A stretch of DNA of 64,000 nucleotides from Microcoleus sp. (GCA_052279835.1 CP181291.1:4160001-4224000); one strand, 5' to 3'; positions 40,872 to 51,915 are shown, counted from the stretch's first letter. Notes: generated from the sequence alone by a model not told the origin. A program made the numbers and translations.

Positions 40872-41498
40872 ATGGAACCTTCACAACAGCAATCAACACC
40901 ACCCAGCATCTTTGATGAAACCTTCCGTGAAAATCCCGATCCATGGGGGTACACAACTAATTTTAATGAAATCAGTAAATTCCGAGCCACAATCAGAGCT
41001 TTGCCTAAAGTCAAATTCAAAAATGCTTTTGAAATTGCGTGTGCTATCGGTGTACTGACAGAAAAATTAGCTCCCAAGTGTGAAAGATTACTTTCAGTAG
41101 ATTATTCAGAATTAGGATTAGTGGAAGCACGGAAACGCTGTAGCCATCTCCCCCAGGTGCGGTTCGAGCAGATGCAGATACCCAAGCAGTTCCCCACTGA
41201 GAATTTTGATTTAATTTTATTCTCAGAAGTTGGCTTTTTTTTGACGATGGAAGATTTGCTGGAAACTAAACAAAAAATTATTGACCACTTACTTCCGGGC
41301 GGATATCTGTTGATGGTTCATTATCGAGGTACAGCGGGCGATTATTTTATCCTGGATGGGGAGACGGTTCACAATACTTTTGTCGAAAATTCTGCATCAT
41401 CTTTGAAGCACCTAGGCGATCCGCGCAAAAAGTTTTTGATGCTAGATTTAGCGCGTCATCACAAACGCTATCGGATGGATTTGTTTCAGCGTTTGTAA
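40872..41498 (+). CDS. SAM-dependent methyltransferase (NodS-like), copy 2
   Basis: Paralog with EIACAIG; ATG at 40872. Confidence 0.88.
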   Translation: MEPSQQQSTPPSIFDETFRENPDPWGYTTNFNEISKFRATIRALPKVKFKNAFEIACAIGVLTEKLAPKCERLLSVDYSELGLVEARKRCSHLPQVRFEQMQIPKQFPTENFDLILFSEVGFFLTMEDLLETKQKIIDHLLPGGYLLMVHYRGTAGDYFILDGETVHNTFVENSASSLKHLGDPRKKFLMLDLARHHKRYRMDLFQRL

Positions 41499-41721
41499 GT
41501 CTCATCAGCAGATAGATTGAATCAGGGTGTATCGACTGTTAAAGGTCGATCGCCCTTTTTTCATGGGCTAGGAATTATTTAACCGCAGAGAACACTCTTG
41601 ACACAGAGGGAGAAAATAGAGGTCTGAATACAGGATTTGATATAATTCAAGAATTCCATGCAGGATATTGGGTACTTTCTGGTATTATATTTAAATAATA
41701 TTTAACAGAGAGAGGTTAGTG

Positions 41722-42345
41722 ATGAAACCTTCAGAGTCAGAATCAGTGCCATCCAGCTTTTTTGATGAAACCTATCGCCAAAGTACAGATCCTTGGGGAT
41801 ACACATCCAGCTTTTACGAAACCAGTAAATTCAGAACAACTATCAGATCTTTGCCCAAAGTCAGATTCAAAAATGCTTTTGAAATCGGATGTGCTATCGG
41901 TGTACTTACAGAAAAACTAGCTCCAAAATGTGATAGATTGCTGTCAGTCGATTATTCAGAATTAGGATTAGAGGAAGCGCGGAAACGCTGTAGAAACCTC
42001 CCCCAGGTGCGGTTCGAGCAGATGCAGATACCCCAACAGTTTCCTACTGAGCAATTTGATTTAATTTTATTCTCAGAAGTTGGTTATTATTTGACTGTGG
42101 AAGACCTCCATAAAACCCAAGAAAAAATTATTGATAGATTACTTCCGGGAGGTTTTTTGTTAATGGTTCATTATCGGTTTCCTGTGGAAAGTTTTATTCT
42201 TAATGGCGAGATAGTTAATGATACTTTTATCAAAGAATCTGCACCATTTTTAAAACATTTAGGAGACCCGCGCCAAAAAAGTATTAGGCTTGATTTAGCC
42301 CGTCATAACAAACGTTATCGGATGGATTTGTTTCAGCGTTTGTAA
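41722..42345 (+). CDS. SAM-dependent methyltransferase (NodS-like), copy 3
   Basis: Paralog with an N-terminus nearly identical to copy 1. Confidence 0.88.
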   Translation: MKPSESESVPSSFFDETYRQSTDPWGYTSSFYETSKFRTTIRSLPKVRFKNAFEIGCAIGVLTEKLAPKCDRLLSVDYSELGLEEARKRCRNLPQVRFEQMQIPQQFPTEQFDLILFSEVGYYLTVEDLHKTQEKIIDRLLPGGFLLMVHYRFPVESFILNGEIVNDTFIKESAPFLKHLGDPRQKSIRLDLARHNKRYRMDLFQRL

Positions 42346-42502
42346 GTCTTATTAGTAGATAAATTGCATCAGGGTGTATCGACTCTATTAACGGTCTATC
42401 GCCCTTTTTTATTGGCTTTCACTGTGGCACTGGCATCGGGGATGCCAGAAAATTGTCGTTTCAAAAGCGTGAATTAAAGCTATCCCAAAGGGAAATTTTC
42501 AA

Positions 42503-43327
42503 CTAAAATTCCCGAATTTCAGGATGAATAAATTCATAACCCGCTTCCTTAATCTTGAGATTCGACACCCTCGCATTATAAGGACGGACGCTGGGGCTTC
42601 CATCCCAAGTAACTTGAGGCAAATTATTAGCTTCAAAAATGCGATCGAGCAATTGACTACTCGATAGCGGCACATCTCCCACTAAATTGTAAACTCCCTG
42701 CAATCTCTGTTCCAAAGCAAAAATTAATCCCCCAACAATATCATCAAGATGTACCCAATTAGTAGCATCTTCTCCTCGGCCAGGACGAGTAGTGCCGGCC
42801 CAACGTCCAAAGATTTTTACCAATTCTCGTCCAGGTCCATAAATTCCACCCAATCGGAGAATGCAAACTTTGAGATTTGGACTGGATGCTGCTAATAAAA
42901 CTCGTTCTGTTTCTGCGAGAATTTCACCGTTGGGATTAGCAGGTGCGACTGGTGAGTCTTCATTGACTACTGCACCTTGGCGATCGCCATACACTGAATA
43001 AGTCCCTGTATAAATCACCTGCTTGACTGTGGGGTTCTCCTTTAACACTGATACCAAAGTAGTTGCTGTATCTAAGTAACTTTCCTGATAAGCATCAGGA
43101 TTGGGAGCGCCTACACATAGCATAACAGCATCTTGGTCTTGCAATAAAGCAGCGATCGCCTCTTTGTCATTTCCCTTAAGCACAGCCACTCGGTGGACAA
43201 TTGCCTCCAACTGGGCCACTCGTTCCCTGGTGGTGGTAGTCGCAGTCACGGTATAATCAGACTTGGTGCGTAAATTTTTAGCTACCGTTGTACCAACATA
43301 CCCACAACCGACGATCGCAACTTTCAT
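42503..43327 (-). CDS. NAD-dependent epimerase/dehydratase (SDR family)
   Basis: GCGYVG Rossmann motif, LRLGGIYGPGR and NWVHLDD. Confidence 0.9.
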   Translation of the reverse strand: MKVAIVGCGYVGTTVAKNLRTKSDYTVTATTTTRERVAQLEAIVHRVAVLKGNDKEAIAALLQDQDAVMLCVGAPNPDAYQESYLDTATTLVSVLKENPTVKQVIYTGTYSVYGDRQGAVVNEDSPVAPANPNGEILAETERVLLAASSPNLKVCILRLGGIYGPGRELVKIFGRWAGTTRPGRGEDATNWVHLDDIVGGLIFALEQRLQGVYNLVGDVPLSSSQLLDRIFEANNLPQVTWDGSPSVRPYNARVSNLKIKEAGYEFIHPEIREF

Positions 43328-43438
43328 CAAAAATTCTCCTTAGTTTCATCCTCTCTCAAATTATTACCGGTTTCTAAGATATTTTGCTCTCAGTTTTGTG
43401 GTAAAATGTCAATCGTCGCGATCGACTGGATTAGCATC

Positions 43439-44293
43439 ATGTCTGAAACAAATATTTTTGCCACATCCTCAGAAAGTGAACTTTTAGCCTTTTATGGAGC
43501 TTTATTTGCCATCGCAGCCGCGGATGGTTCCGTGGATATTGACGAATTAAATCTACTATTTAAAACCATAAATTTAGACCAGTTTTCTGAATCAGCCAAG
43601 ACTCAAATTCACTCCTACATAGCTAGTCCCCCCGCCCTCAAAGACTGTTTGGGAACTCTCGCCACCTCTGCTGATACACTCCGTTTGGGAATCATGTATT
43701 TTGCCGTCAGCATTGCTTGGGCAAATAATAGCATTCATCCGAAAGAAAGTGAAGCGATCGCATTTGCCCAAACACAGTTAAGAATTTCGGACGAGCAAAT
43801 TCAAGCTATGCAAGAGTCCATCGCAGATTTCAAAAAAATTAGGGAAGTGGCACCGCATCCAACTCAAGCATCAGCATCTTTCAAGTCTGGTGTTTCCCGA
43901 CTCAAAACTGCTGGCATTCCTCTAGATTTAATCGATCCCAAATTAACTGCCACAAACATGAGTAATGCCAAAACTAATTACTCCGATGAAACCTTTTGGG
44001 CTAAACTGAAACAATTTGCTTTAACCGCCGGCAAAGAAGTAGTTGAAAAAGCTTTGATACTATACTACACTGCTCAAAATCCAAAAGTTCCTAGTTGGGC
44101 AAAAGGCGTGGTAATTGGAGCTTTGACTTATTTTATATCTCCGGTCGATGCGATTCCCGATGTATTAGTTGGCATCGGATTTACCGATGATTTGGGAGTA
44201 TTATTAGCAGCCATCGCTACTGTTTCTGTATATATTAATGCTGATACCAAACAACAAGCTAAACAGAAAATGAAAGATTGGTTTGGTACATAA
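43439..44293 (+). CDS. TerB-like domain fused to DUF1232 (YkvA-like) domain
   Basis: AIAAADGSVDIDE in the N-terminal part; YFISPVDAIPD...GFTDDLGVL at the C-terminus. Confidence 0.8.
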   Translation: MSETNIFATSSESELLAFYGALFAIAAADGSVDIDELNLLFKTINLDQFSESAKTQIHSYIASPPALKDCLGTLATSADTLRLGIMYFAVSIAWANNSIHPKESEAIAFAQTQLRISDEQIQAMQESIADFKKIREVAPHPTQASASFKSGVSRLKTAGIPLDLIDPKLTATNMSNAKTNYSDETFWAKLKQFALTAGKEVVEKALILYYTAQNPKVPSWAKGVVIGALTYFISPVDAIPDVLVGIGFTDDLGVLLAAIATVSVYINADTKQQAKQKMKDWFGT

Positions 44294-44413
44294 TATTAAG
44301 TCTGGTTAATCAACTCCCATTAAATTGGTTGGTAGTGAGGACTTTAGTCATCAAGAACCTAAAGTTATCAATGGGAATCAAGTCCTCACTAAGGATTTAA
44401 TGAGTCTAGCGAA

Positions 44414-44728
44414 TCACTCTTTAAGAGGTTTGCCTTCTCGATTCACAATCCGGCTTTCACCATCTGATGCCGTCACATTTTCATAAACGCCTTCATCCCG
44501 CTTGACGTACTTACTGAAGCCCTGATTTTTATATTCCGTGTCGGAAGTGGGCTTCATCAACCTCGGAGCGCTCAACAATCGGCGCACCGTCGCATCTGCG
44601 GGCGTGTCTCCAAGTTCACACTTAGCCAACTCACACAGTTGGCCCCAAGTCGAAACTTCCAGGCTCATACTGTGCCAAACTTCTAGCTGCTGGTTGTTGC
44701 TGGAACAGAAATAATCGTATACAGGCAT
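44414..44728 (-). CDS. FmdB-like zinc-ribbon protein
   Basis: MPVYDYFC start and GFSKYVKRDEGVYEN. Confidence 0.8.
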   Translation of the reverse strand: MPVYDYFCSSNNQQLEVWHSMSLEVSTWGQLCELAKCELGDTPADATVRRLLSAPRLMKPTSDTEYKNQGFSKYVKRDEGVYENVTASDGESRIVNREGKPLKE

Positions 44729-45099
44729 AGCAAAAATCTCGATCGCAACTACTAAAATTATTAATTGCCGACTTGTTTCGACTATTTTAGCTGAAAATCA
44801 CTCTAAATTCAACAGAAATAAGTAAAAGTTACTATTTTAAATAGTCGTTGACAAACTGCCATCAGCTATATAATTAACCCTGTGCAGTTGGTGGAGATCG
44901 TGATGGAGACAATGCTCTTTCCCGATCCTAACCCGATCGCCGTAGCAGTTTGCACAACTATAGCTCGATCGACGGCTAGCCAATGACCCCAAACCTGCAT
45001 GAATGCCGTCACAGGATCGATCGTAATTTTCTGACAGCACAAAAATCACTGACCATAACTTTCAATTTTATTTATTTACTCACAACCGAGGATTTACGG

Positions 45100-45681
45100 A
45101 TGAGCGATTTCAAAGTTACACCAGAAGTAGAGCTAAAAACAGCTCAAATGTTAGAGCGATATCAACTGCAAGACGAGGCAATTTTACGACGTTGGGCAAA
45201 ACTGCACGGCATCAATAGCACTCGCGGTTTCTTCTATCCCAGCGAAGTAGACTTGATCGATCATGCCCACCATCACATTTACAATTTGGGAATGAGTATT
45301 GCTGACTATCAAAGTCTTTTAGACCGCCGTCGCGATTATTCTCAAACCGCTGGAGACCAGAACCAAACAGTGGATAGTCAAGTAGCGAATGAAGCTTATG
45401 ATGCTATAGAAATGTTGACCGAACAGTATTCTGAAGCTGTTGATTTAATGGGAGAACGCATAGCAGATCATTTCATCGACGAACTAGATTTATCTGTGAT
45501 GAGACACCTTTCTCAAAAAGTGAAAGACCGCCGTGTACTCAACGGTCAAAACCCCAAGCCGAACCGTTTTCTGCAAGTGATAAAAGCCGTGCTACAACCT
45601 AGCAATGGCAATACGCTTTTGGTCCCAAAAAAAAGTGACGACCCTAGTTTAGAATTAGAACATCACCACCGACTCGGCTAA
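45100..45681 (+). CDS. Hypothetical protein with possible MerR-like N-terminal HTH
   Basis: GAGGA ribosome site before ATG 45100; ERYQL..AILRRWAK...FYPSEVDLI pattern. Confidence 0.7.
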   Translation: MSDFKVTPEVELKTAQMLERYQLQDEAILRRWAKLHGINSTRGFFYPSEVDLIDHAHHHIYNLGMSIADYQSLLDRRRDYSQTAGDQNQTVDSQVANEAYDAIEMLTEQYSEAVDLMGERIADHFIDELDLSVMRHLSQKVKDRRVLNGQNPKPNRFLQVIKAVLQPSNGNTLLVPKKSDDPSLELEHHHRLG

Positions 45682-45959
45682 GGTAAAAACCTAAAAAAAA
45701 ATACCAAAAACCCCGACTTTAGAGAGAAGTCGGGGAGTTTTACCAGCAGGAAGAAGGAATACGAAAGCAGGAAGATGGCAGAAAAAAGCAGGAATAAAAT
45801 TAAGAAAATTAAGGGTTTTAGCTATTAAAAACTTCCTTAGCGTCAGGGCATTTTTTATAATAAAAAATAAATTTATGACTACAGAGGGATTTGTTCTCTG
45901 CCGAAATCAGAGATAATAATAAGTCGATCGCACCAGTCCAACTCGCTGAATATAAAAAA

Positions 45960-46433
45960 ATGATTAAATCATGGATGGTAATTGGAATTGTTGTTTTGCT
46001 AGTAGGATTAGCTTCTAACTTAATCGCGCCCAGCGATATTAAGTGGTTCAATCGACTGCAACGTCCCAGATGGTTAGTATTTGAAAAAGCAATTCCGTTA
46101 ATTTGGACGGTAATTTTTATTTGTGGAGCTTGGTCAGCAGTGATTGTTTGGGAAAAATCACCATGGACTCAGGAGACTTGGTGGCGAATGGCTTTGTACC
46201 TGCTTTTAGAAATAGTTACTATGTCTTACACGTCGGTGATGTGCAAACTTCGCAGCCTGAAAGTCGGCACCATTATTGGCGGGACAGGCGCTATTTTAAG
46301 CGTCATGCTGGCTTTAAGCGTGTTGCAAGTTTCTGAACCAGCGGCCCTGTTACTACTGCCTTATATACTTTGGAGTCCGATCGGCACTTACACAACTTGG
46401 GCAATGATGCACTTGAATCCGGCGGATGTTTAA
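45960..46433 (+). CDS. TspO/MBR tryptophan-rich sensory protein
   Basis: WFNRLQRPRW, IWTVIF and LLLPYILW motifs. Confidence 0.9.
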   Translation: MIKSWMVIGIVVLLVGLASNLIAPSDIKWFNRLQRPRWLVFEKAIPLIWTVIFICGAWSAVIVWEKSPWTQETWWRMALYLLLEIVTMSYTSVMCKLRSLKVGTIIGGTGAILSVMLALSVLQVSEPAALLLLPYILWSPIGTYTTWAMMHLNPADV

Positions 46434-46527
46434 GATCAAATCCGGTAGCATCATCCTGTATTCATCTCTCTTCTCTCCCTCTGTGTTCTCTGCGCCCTCT
46501 GTGGTTAAATCACCTGACGATGCCACC

Positions 46528-48591
46528 TTAAAACCGATTTGGAGGCCGAGACGGCTCACTTTCCGGCGGAACAGGAGGCTCAGATTCAGCAACCGGAGCA
46601 TTGAGCGACTGTTGCCAAACTTGGATTTGCGATCGCGCCTCATCAAAAGACCGAGTACCGGCAGGAATTTTCTTCAAAATAGCGATCGCCCCTGCTAAAT
46701 CCGACGAAGACTGTTCCATCCCCATCGCCAAAATCCGCTGACTCCACTCCTCAATCGCCTGAGTCGCTTGCGATCGCAGAGAACTCCCCTCCGGCACCTG
46801 ACGAGCCAGGGAAATCGCCGTTTCCAAAGCATCAGGAGTCCCAGCTTGAGCCGCCTGACGAGCACTCTCCAACCCTTGCTGGCTTTGAGCCTGAACATCC
46901 CAAGTCCGAATGTTCGATCGAGCTTGCTCGTACAGCACCCGTCCCGGTCGAATCCGCCTCGCCATCTCTATAGCCTCCGTCAAATAGCCGCTGGCCGCTA
47001 GCTGCTGAGCTCTGTCCAAAAACGGCTGGTCAACCAGTCGCTGTCTCCTGTCAATCCAAGCTTGAATTTTAGTCTGAGCTTCCCCATACAGAACTCTACC
47101 TTGACCGATCCTCCTAGCTTGAGCAACGGCAGCTTCCAGAGCATTTGGATCGCCTGTATTCGCCAATTCATTAGCCTTTTGCAGAAACGGACTGTCTTCG
47201 ATCTGCTCGATTTGACGGCTGAAGCGACTAATTTGGGCGCGAGCTTCCCCAGAACGAGGATTGGCTTCGGGAACTGTTTGCAATTGGCCGATCGCAGCCT
47301 TTAAATCCTTCACCCCTCCCGGTGCCGCCAGCCTAGAGGCCAAATCCAAAGTTTTCACATCAGCAATTTCCTGTTGCCAACGGTTGACTAAATCTTGAGC
47401 TTTTTTGTATAAAGGACGGCTCGAATTTAAATTTTTAGCCATCGCTACAGCCTTCGACAAACCATCAACATTACCTGTCAAAGCTTGACCAGTAGCATTG
47501 GCCAACTCATTAAAATCTTTGACTTGTTCCTGTAAACTGCCACCGTCAGGAATCTGGTTGGCGATCGCGATCGCCTGCTGCCAATCACCTGATTCCAAAC
47601 GCTTTTGAGCCAGAGCAAAAATTTTCTGACTCAACTCCCCGATCAGCTTATTTGCAGCTTGATACAAATAACTCTTTTGGTCAATTCCCTGAGCCAGCTT
47701 AATCGCCGTCACCAGGTTATCCACTCCTCCATCCTCCGCTTTATTGCGGGCTTTAATTAACTTATTACCCTCAGCTTTAGTCGCCTGAATTGCCTGAGTT
47801 ATTTCCTCATATTTAGTGGACTCCCAGAAAGTATTCCCAGTATCCAATAACAAAGTTGCTTCACGGAAAGCTAGAACCCACTCTTCCTTACGCAAGTGGT
47901 TTTCTGCCGTGCGGTAAATTTTTTCTGCATCGTTCCAACTAGACTGCCACTTTTCAATCTGCTTTTCCACCATGGGATAAGCGGGAACATTTTGAGGGAC
48001 TTTACGGGCGATCGCGATCGCCTCCGCCAGTTTTCCTTCTTGAAAACTCACATTTCCCAGCCTGAGAATATCCTCCGCCCACCGATCGATTTGACCGTTA
48101 ATTCTCGGCCGCATCGGGTGATCCTGTGGCAAAGCATTCACTAATTCGATCGCCCTGAGCAAATCATCCGCCGTCCGTTTGCTAGCAGCTTCTTGAGCAC
48201 AAAAAAAGCGATCGTTAGCCGAAGCCGTCGGCCAAAAAATCTTCGAGCAATTGGACTGAGAAGTCAGGTTGAACAAAGATGCAATTGCCACAAACCCCAT
48301 ACCCACCGACAGCATCAAACTCACCGCCAGCCAAAATTGCCACTTCTTGGACCACCGCAGCCACCAAGGATTTTTTTCTGCCGGTGGCTGGGAATGTTCC
48401 CCCAACGAACTCGGCGGTAATGCCGGATGCTCTCCTGGCATTTTCCCCGAAGTCAACATATCGCGGAGTTCTTTTAGTCTCTCAGCGCGGTTTTTCCGTG
48501 CGGGAACAGGCACTAATGATGAAGTATCTGGTGTTGGTTCCAAGGATTTTGATGCAGACCAATGGCCTGGTGTTTTGGGATCTTGACTCAT
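46528..48591 (-). CDS. Membrane-anchored helical-repeat (TPR-like) protein
   Basis: One transmembrane segment, then repeated AIAxAxxIP...AQxxIxxW units. Start is uncertain (48591 or 48690). Confidence 0.8.
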   Translation of the reverse strand: MSQDPKTPGHWSASKSLEPTPDTSSLVPVPARKNRAERLKELRDMLTSGKMPGEHPALPPSSLGEHSQPPAEKNPWWLRWSKKWQFWLAVSLMLSVGMGFVAIASLFNLTSQSNCSKIFWPTASANDRFFCAQEAASKRTADDLLRAIELVNALPQDHPMRPRINGQIDRWAEDILRLGNVSFQEGKLAEAIAIARKVPQNVPAYPMVEKQIEKWQSSWNDAEKIYRTAENHLRKEEWVLAFREATLLLDTGNTFWESTKYEEITQAIQATKAEGNKLIKARNKAEDGGVDNLVTAIKLAQGIDQKSYLYQAANKLIGELSQKIFALAQKRLESGDWQQAIAIANQIPDGGSLQEQVKDFNELANATGQALTGNVDGLSKAVAMAKNLNSSRPLYKKAQDLVNRWQQEIADVKTLDLASRLAAPGGVKDLKAAIGQLQTVPEANPRSGEARAQISRFSRQIEQIEDSPFLQKANELANTGDPNALEAAVAQARRIGQGRVLYGEAQTKIQAWIDRRQRLVDQPFLDRAQQLAASGYLTEAIEMARRIRPGRVLYEQARSNIRTWDVQAQSQQGLESARQAAQAGTPDALETAISLARQVPEGSSLRSQATQAIEEWSQRILAMGMEQSSSDLAGAIAILKKIPAGTRSFDEARSQIQVWQQSLNAPVAESEPPVPPESEPSRPPNRF

Positions 48592-48744
48592 AGAAGCTAA
48601 TCTAGCCGACTGATTTATACTAGGCAGAAGACTACCCACAGTCAACATTGTGGCAGCGCATCCGGCGATCGATAAATTGGCAATGGGCAATTAGTCAACA
48701 GCCAAAGCCTCATTCCTGCCCATTGCCAATTACACATTATTGCC

Positions 48745-49644
48745 CTAAGAGCCGGACTGCGATCGCAAATCCCCAATCAATTCAGCCAATTGATCGCTGC
48801 TAGCCTTGTACACCTCATTACAGAAATGGCAAGTAGCCTCCGCCCCGTCATCTTTTTCAATCATGTCTTGAAGTTCCGCCTCGCCCAGCATTTTTAAGGC
48901 TCCCAAAACTCGATCGAACGAACAGCTACATTGAAAGCGGACCATTTGAGTTTCCGGGAAAATTTCCAGCCCCATATCTCCCAGTAGCTGTTCGAGAATC
49001 TCGTGCAAAGTTTTACCCGATCGCAATAGTGGCGTAAAGCCAGAAAGATCTGCCACTCGCGACTCCAGAGTAGCAATCAGTGCTTCATCCCTCGCCGCCT
49101 TCGGCAGAACTTGCAGCAACACACCCCCAGAGGCTTGGACCCCATCTGCCCCAACAAACACCCCCAAAACCAAAGCCGAAGGAGTCTGCTCAGAAGTTGC
49201 CAAGTAGTGAGTCAGATCGTCACCAATTTCGCCGGAAACCAACTCCACCGTACTAGAGTAAGGGTAGCCAAATCCAACATCCCGGACCACATACAAATAG
49301 CCATTACCTATGGCCCCACCCACATCAAGTTTGCCTTTAGCATTGGGCGGTAGTTCCACCTCTGGATTTTCCACATAACCCCGAACCGTACCATCGAGTC
49401 CCGCATCGATCAGCAATCCGCCCAGAGGCCCATCTCCTTTGATCCGAATATTAACCCTAGATTCAGGCCGCTTCATGCTAGAAACCAGTAACAGTCCCGC
49501 AGACATCGTGCGGCCAAGGGCTGCCGTCGCCACGTAGGAAAGTTTGTGCCTCTGTCTGGCTTCTTCAGTCAGGCGGGTAGTGATGACGGCTACAGCACGA
49601 ATTCCGCCGTCTGCTGCTGTAGCCCGAATTAATTGATCTGCCAT
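48745..49644 (-). CDS. hslO: Hsp33 redox-regulated chaperone
   Basis: SEQTPS and zinc motif CSCS...CHFC. Confidence 0.96.
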   Translation of the reverse strand: MADQLIRATAADGGIRAVAVITTRLTEEARQRHKLSYVATAALGRTMSAGLLLVSSMKRPESRVNIRIKGDGPLGGLLIDAGLDGTVRGYVENPEVELPPNAKGKLDVGGAIGNGYLYVVRDVGFGYPYSSTVELVSGEIGDDLTHYLATSEQTPSALVLGVFVGADGVQASGGVLLQVLPKAARDEALIATLESRVADLSGFTPLLRSGKTLHEILEQLLGDMGLEIFPETQMVRFQCSCSFDRVLGALKMLGEAELQDMIEKDDGAEATCHFCNEVYKASSDQLAELIGDLRSQSGS

Positions 49645-50030
49645 GAAAAACCTTACTTTTGCCTTGTAATCACTGCTTCAATCATTTTACGAGTTCCTTC
49701 AGGTTGTCGTAGCAGGCCATTTAGTTTTGGTAGCAGACTTGTCCCGATCGCGCTATCTAATTTTTTTAACTCTCAAATCAATATTTTTAGAGTGGGCGAC
49801 TTATTTTATAAAATTTAAATGCTTTTTTTCAATAAATAACCCCCTGAGCAGTATACAATCTGCGAGTTCGATCGCAAAAACTGCCGATTCATCAATCAAT
49901 ATACAAAGTTAAAACAATTAACCAAAGCTTATCTTTCCGCTAACCAGACGATTACCAAGCCTTTACCTTCATCAGTTAGAGTCAGAGACATAGGTCTCAA
50001 ACCACTGTTTTTTAGCTGGAAAAAAGAGAT

Positions 50031-50693
50031 ATGCCACTAACTTCTAAGCCACCTTTAGCAGAAATCCAGCATAGCACAGGGATCGAGCGGAACTTGCATT
50101 TTTATGGCAAGGGCGAAACAATTCCTCTGATGTCCCAAGGCCTGTGGCAAGTTTGTCAAGGTCTAGTGCAATTGAGTACCCTTTATCCAAGTGGGGAAGA
50201 AGGACTTTTAGGTTGGGCGGGGCCTTCAATGTGCTTCGGTTTATGGTTGACCAGCTTGCAGACTTACCAGGCTACTGCAACATCAGATGTCTACTTGATC
50301 TGGTATTCTATGGTAGAAATCGAAGCTTCTCCTCAATTAGCTCAGGATTTGCTGCCTCAAATGGGCAGGCGACTCCGACAAATGGAAGCTATTTTGGCGA
50401 TCGCCGGACAGCGCCGAGTTGAAGACCGTTTGTATCAGCTACTATTATTGTTGAAACAAGAATTCGGTCAGACAGTAGTTGAAGGGACTCGTTTGAATAT
50501 CCGCTTAACACATCAAGATATTGCTAATGCGATTTGCACTACCCGCGTGACGGTAACGCGAATGCTAGGAAAATTGCAGCAGCAAGAGTTAATTATTAGA
50601 GACAAAGACCGTCATTTGATTCTCAAAAAAGATGTTTTTGCGTCCGCATCCGATTTGTTTGGTTACAAACCTCAAGCAGTCATTAGTCATTGA
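50031..50693 (+). CDS. Crp/Fnr-family transcriptional regulator
   Basis: HTH LTHQDIANAICTTRVTVTRML. Confidence 0.92.
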   Translation: MPLTSKPPLAEIQHSTGIERNLHFYGKGETIPLMSQGLWQVCQGLVQLSTLYPSGEEGLLGWAGPSMCFGLWLTSLQTYQATATSDVYLIWYSMVEIEASPQLAQDLLPQMGRRLRQMEAILAIAGQRRVEDRLYQLLLLLKQEFGQTVVEGTRLNIRLTHQDIANAICTTRVTVTRMLGKLQQQELIIRDKDRHLILKKDVFASASDLFGYKPQAVISH

Positions 50694-50775
50694 AAAAATA
50701 ACAACCTGAAAATGTTAGTTCGATCGCAAATTAGCCTTTCCAGGCTGTTTCCGGCGTCCCTCCAAAGAAACCACC

Positions 50776-51915
50776 TCAGCTTCGGAAACTCTCCCTCGCC
50801 ACCCGAATCAGCAGCCCCGACAACAAAAAACTTGCCACCATCGAAGAACCGCCATAACTAAAAAACGGTAGCGGCAAACCCGTAGTCGGCAAAACCCCCG
50901 TCGCCACCCCAATATTCAGCAGCGACTGTCCCACCATCACCACCATCGCCCCGATCGCCACCAACTGAGACTCAACATTCCGCGCCTTCATCGCCACCCT
51001 CAAAGCCACAGTAGCGTACACCCCCAACATCAACAACAGCGAGAAACCTCCCACCAAACCAAACTCCTCAGCAAACACAGCAAAAATAAAATCGCTGTAC
51101 TGAATCGGTAAATAAAATAACTTTTGCTGGGACATCCCCAAACCCACACCCCAAATACCACCCGAACCTACCGCCAGCAGACTTTGAACCAACTGATAGC
51201 CATCTTGCATCGGATCTGCCCAAGGATTCAGAAAAGACATAATCCGGCGGCGCTGATATTCCCGAAAACTAATACTTAAAACCGCCAATAGCATTCCGCC
51301 GATCGCGGTTGCGCCCAACTGCAAAGCAGGCAAATTAGCCGCCAAAGCCACCAACCACAAAGTCATCCCGCACAAAGCCGTGGTACTTAAATTCGGCTGT
51401 AACAAAATTCCCAACAGCATCGCCCCGAAAATTCCCAACCAAGTAAAGCGAACTTTATTCGTCAATCGAGGCCAGTTGCCGAAAATGCGAGCACTTTGGA
51501 GAACGAAAAAGGGTTTAATCAACTCCGAAGGTTGAATAATCGGAACAGGGCCCAGAGATATCCAGCGAGTCGCCCCGTTGATGGTGGTTCCCACTCCGGG
51601 AGCTAAAGTCAGCCACAGCAACCCCAGCAACATCAGAATGCCCCACTGAGCTGTTTTGATTAGGTAGCGCAGGGGGGAGTAGATCATCAAGTTAAAACCT
51701 GCCAGCCCGATCGCCACTGCGATTAGCTGTCGTTTCATATAATAAAGACCATCTCCAAATTCTGAATTGGCGATCGGATAGGAAGCCGAGAACAAAGCTG
51801 TCAGCCCGACAAACAGCCACAGGAAAGTCAGCCACCTCAGCCAGCGCGCCTCAGCAGCCCATTGAGATACGGTAGGGTCTAAAAATGGAATAAAGCGTCG
51901 AATATCAGCAGCCAT
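50776..51915 (-). CDS. ftsW: SEDS family peptidoglycan glycosyltransferase (FtsW/RodA)
   Basis: NGATRWI, QPSELIK, YSDFIFAVFAEEFG and PFFSYGGSS motifs. Confidence 0.88.
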   Translation of the reverse strand: MAADIRRFIPFLDPTVSQWAAEARWLRWLTFLWLFVGLTALFSASYPIANSEFGDGLYYMKRQLIAVAIGLAGFNLMIYSPLRYLIKTAQWGILMLLGLLWLTLAPGVGTTINGATRWISLGPVPIIQPSELIKPFFVLQSARIFGNWPRLTNKVRFTWLGIFGAMLLGILLQPNLSTTALCGMTLWLVALAANLPALQLGATAIGGMLLAVLSISFREYQRRRIMSFLNPWADPMQDGYQLVQSLLAVGSGGIWGVGLGMSQQKLFYLPIQYSDFIFAVFAEEFGLVGGFSLLLMLGVYATVALRVAMKARNVESQLVAIGAMVVMVGQSLLNIGVATGVLPTTGLPLPFFSYGGSSMVASFLLSGLLIRVARESFRS

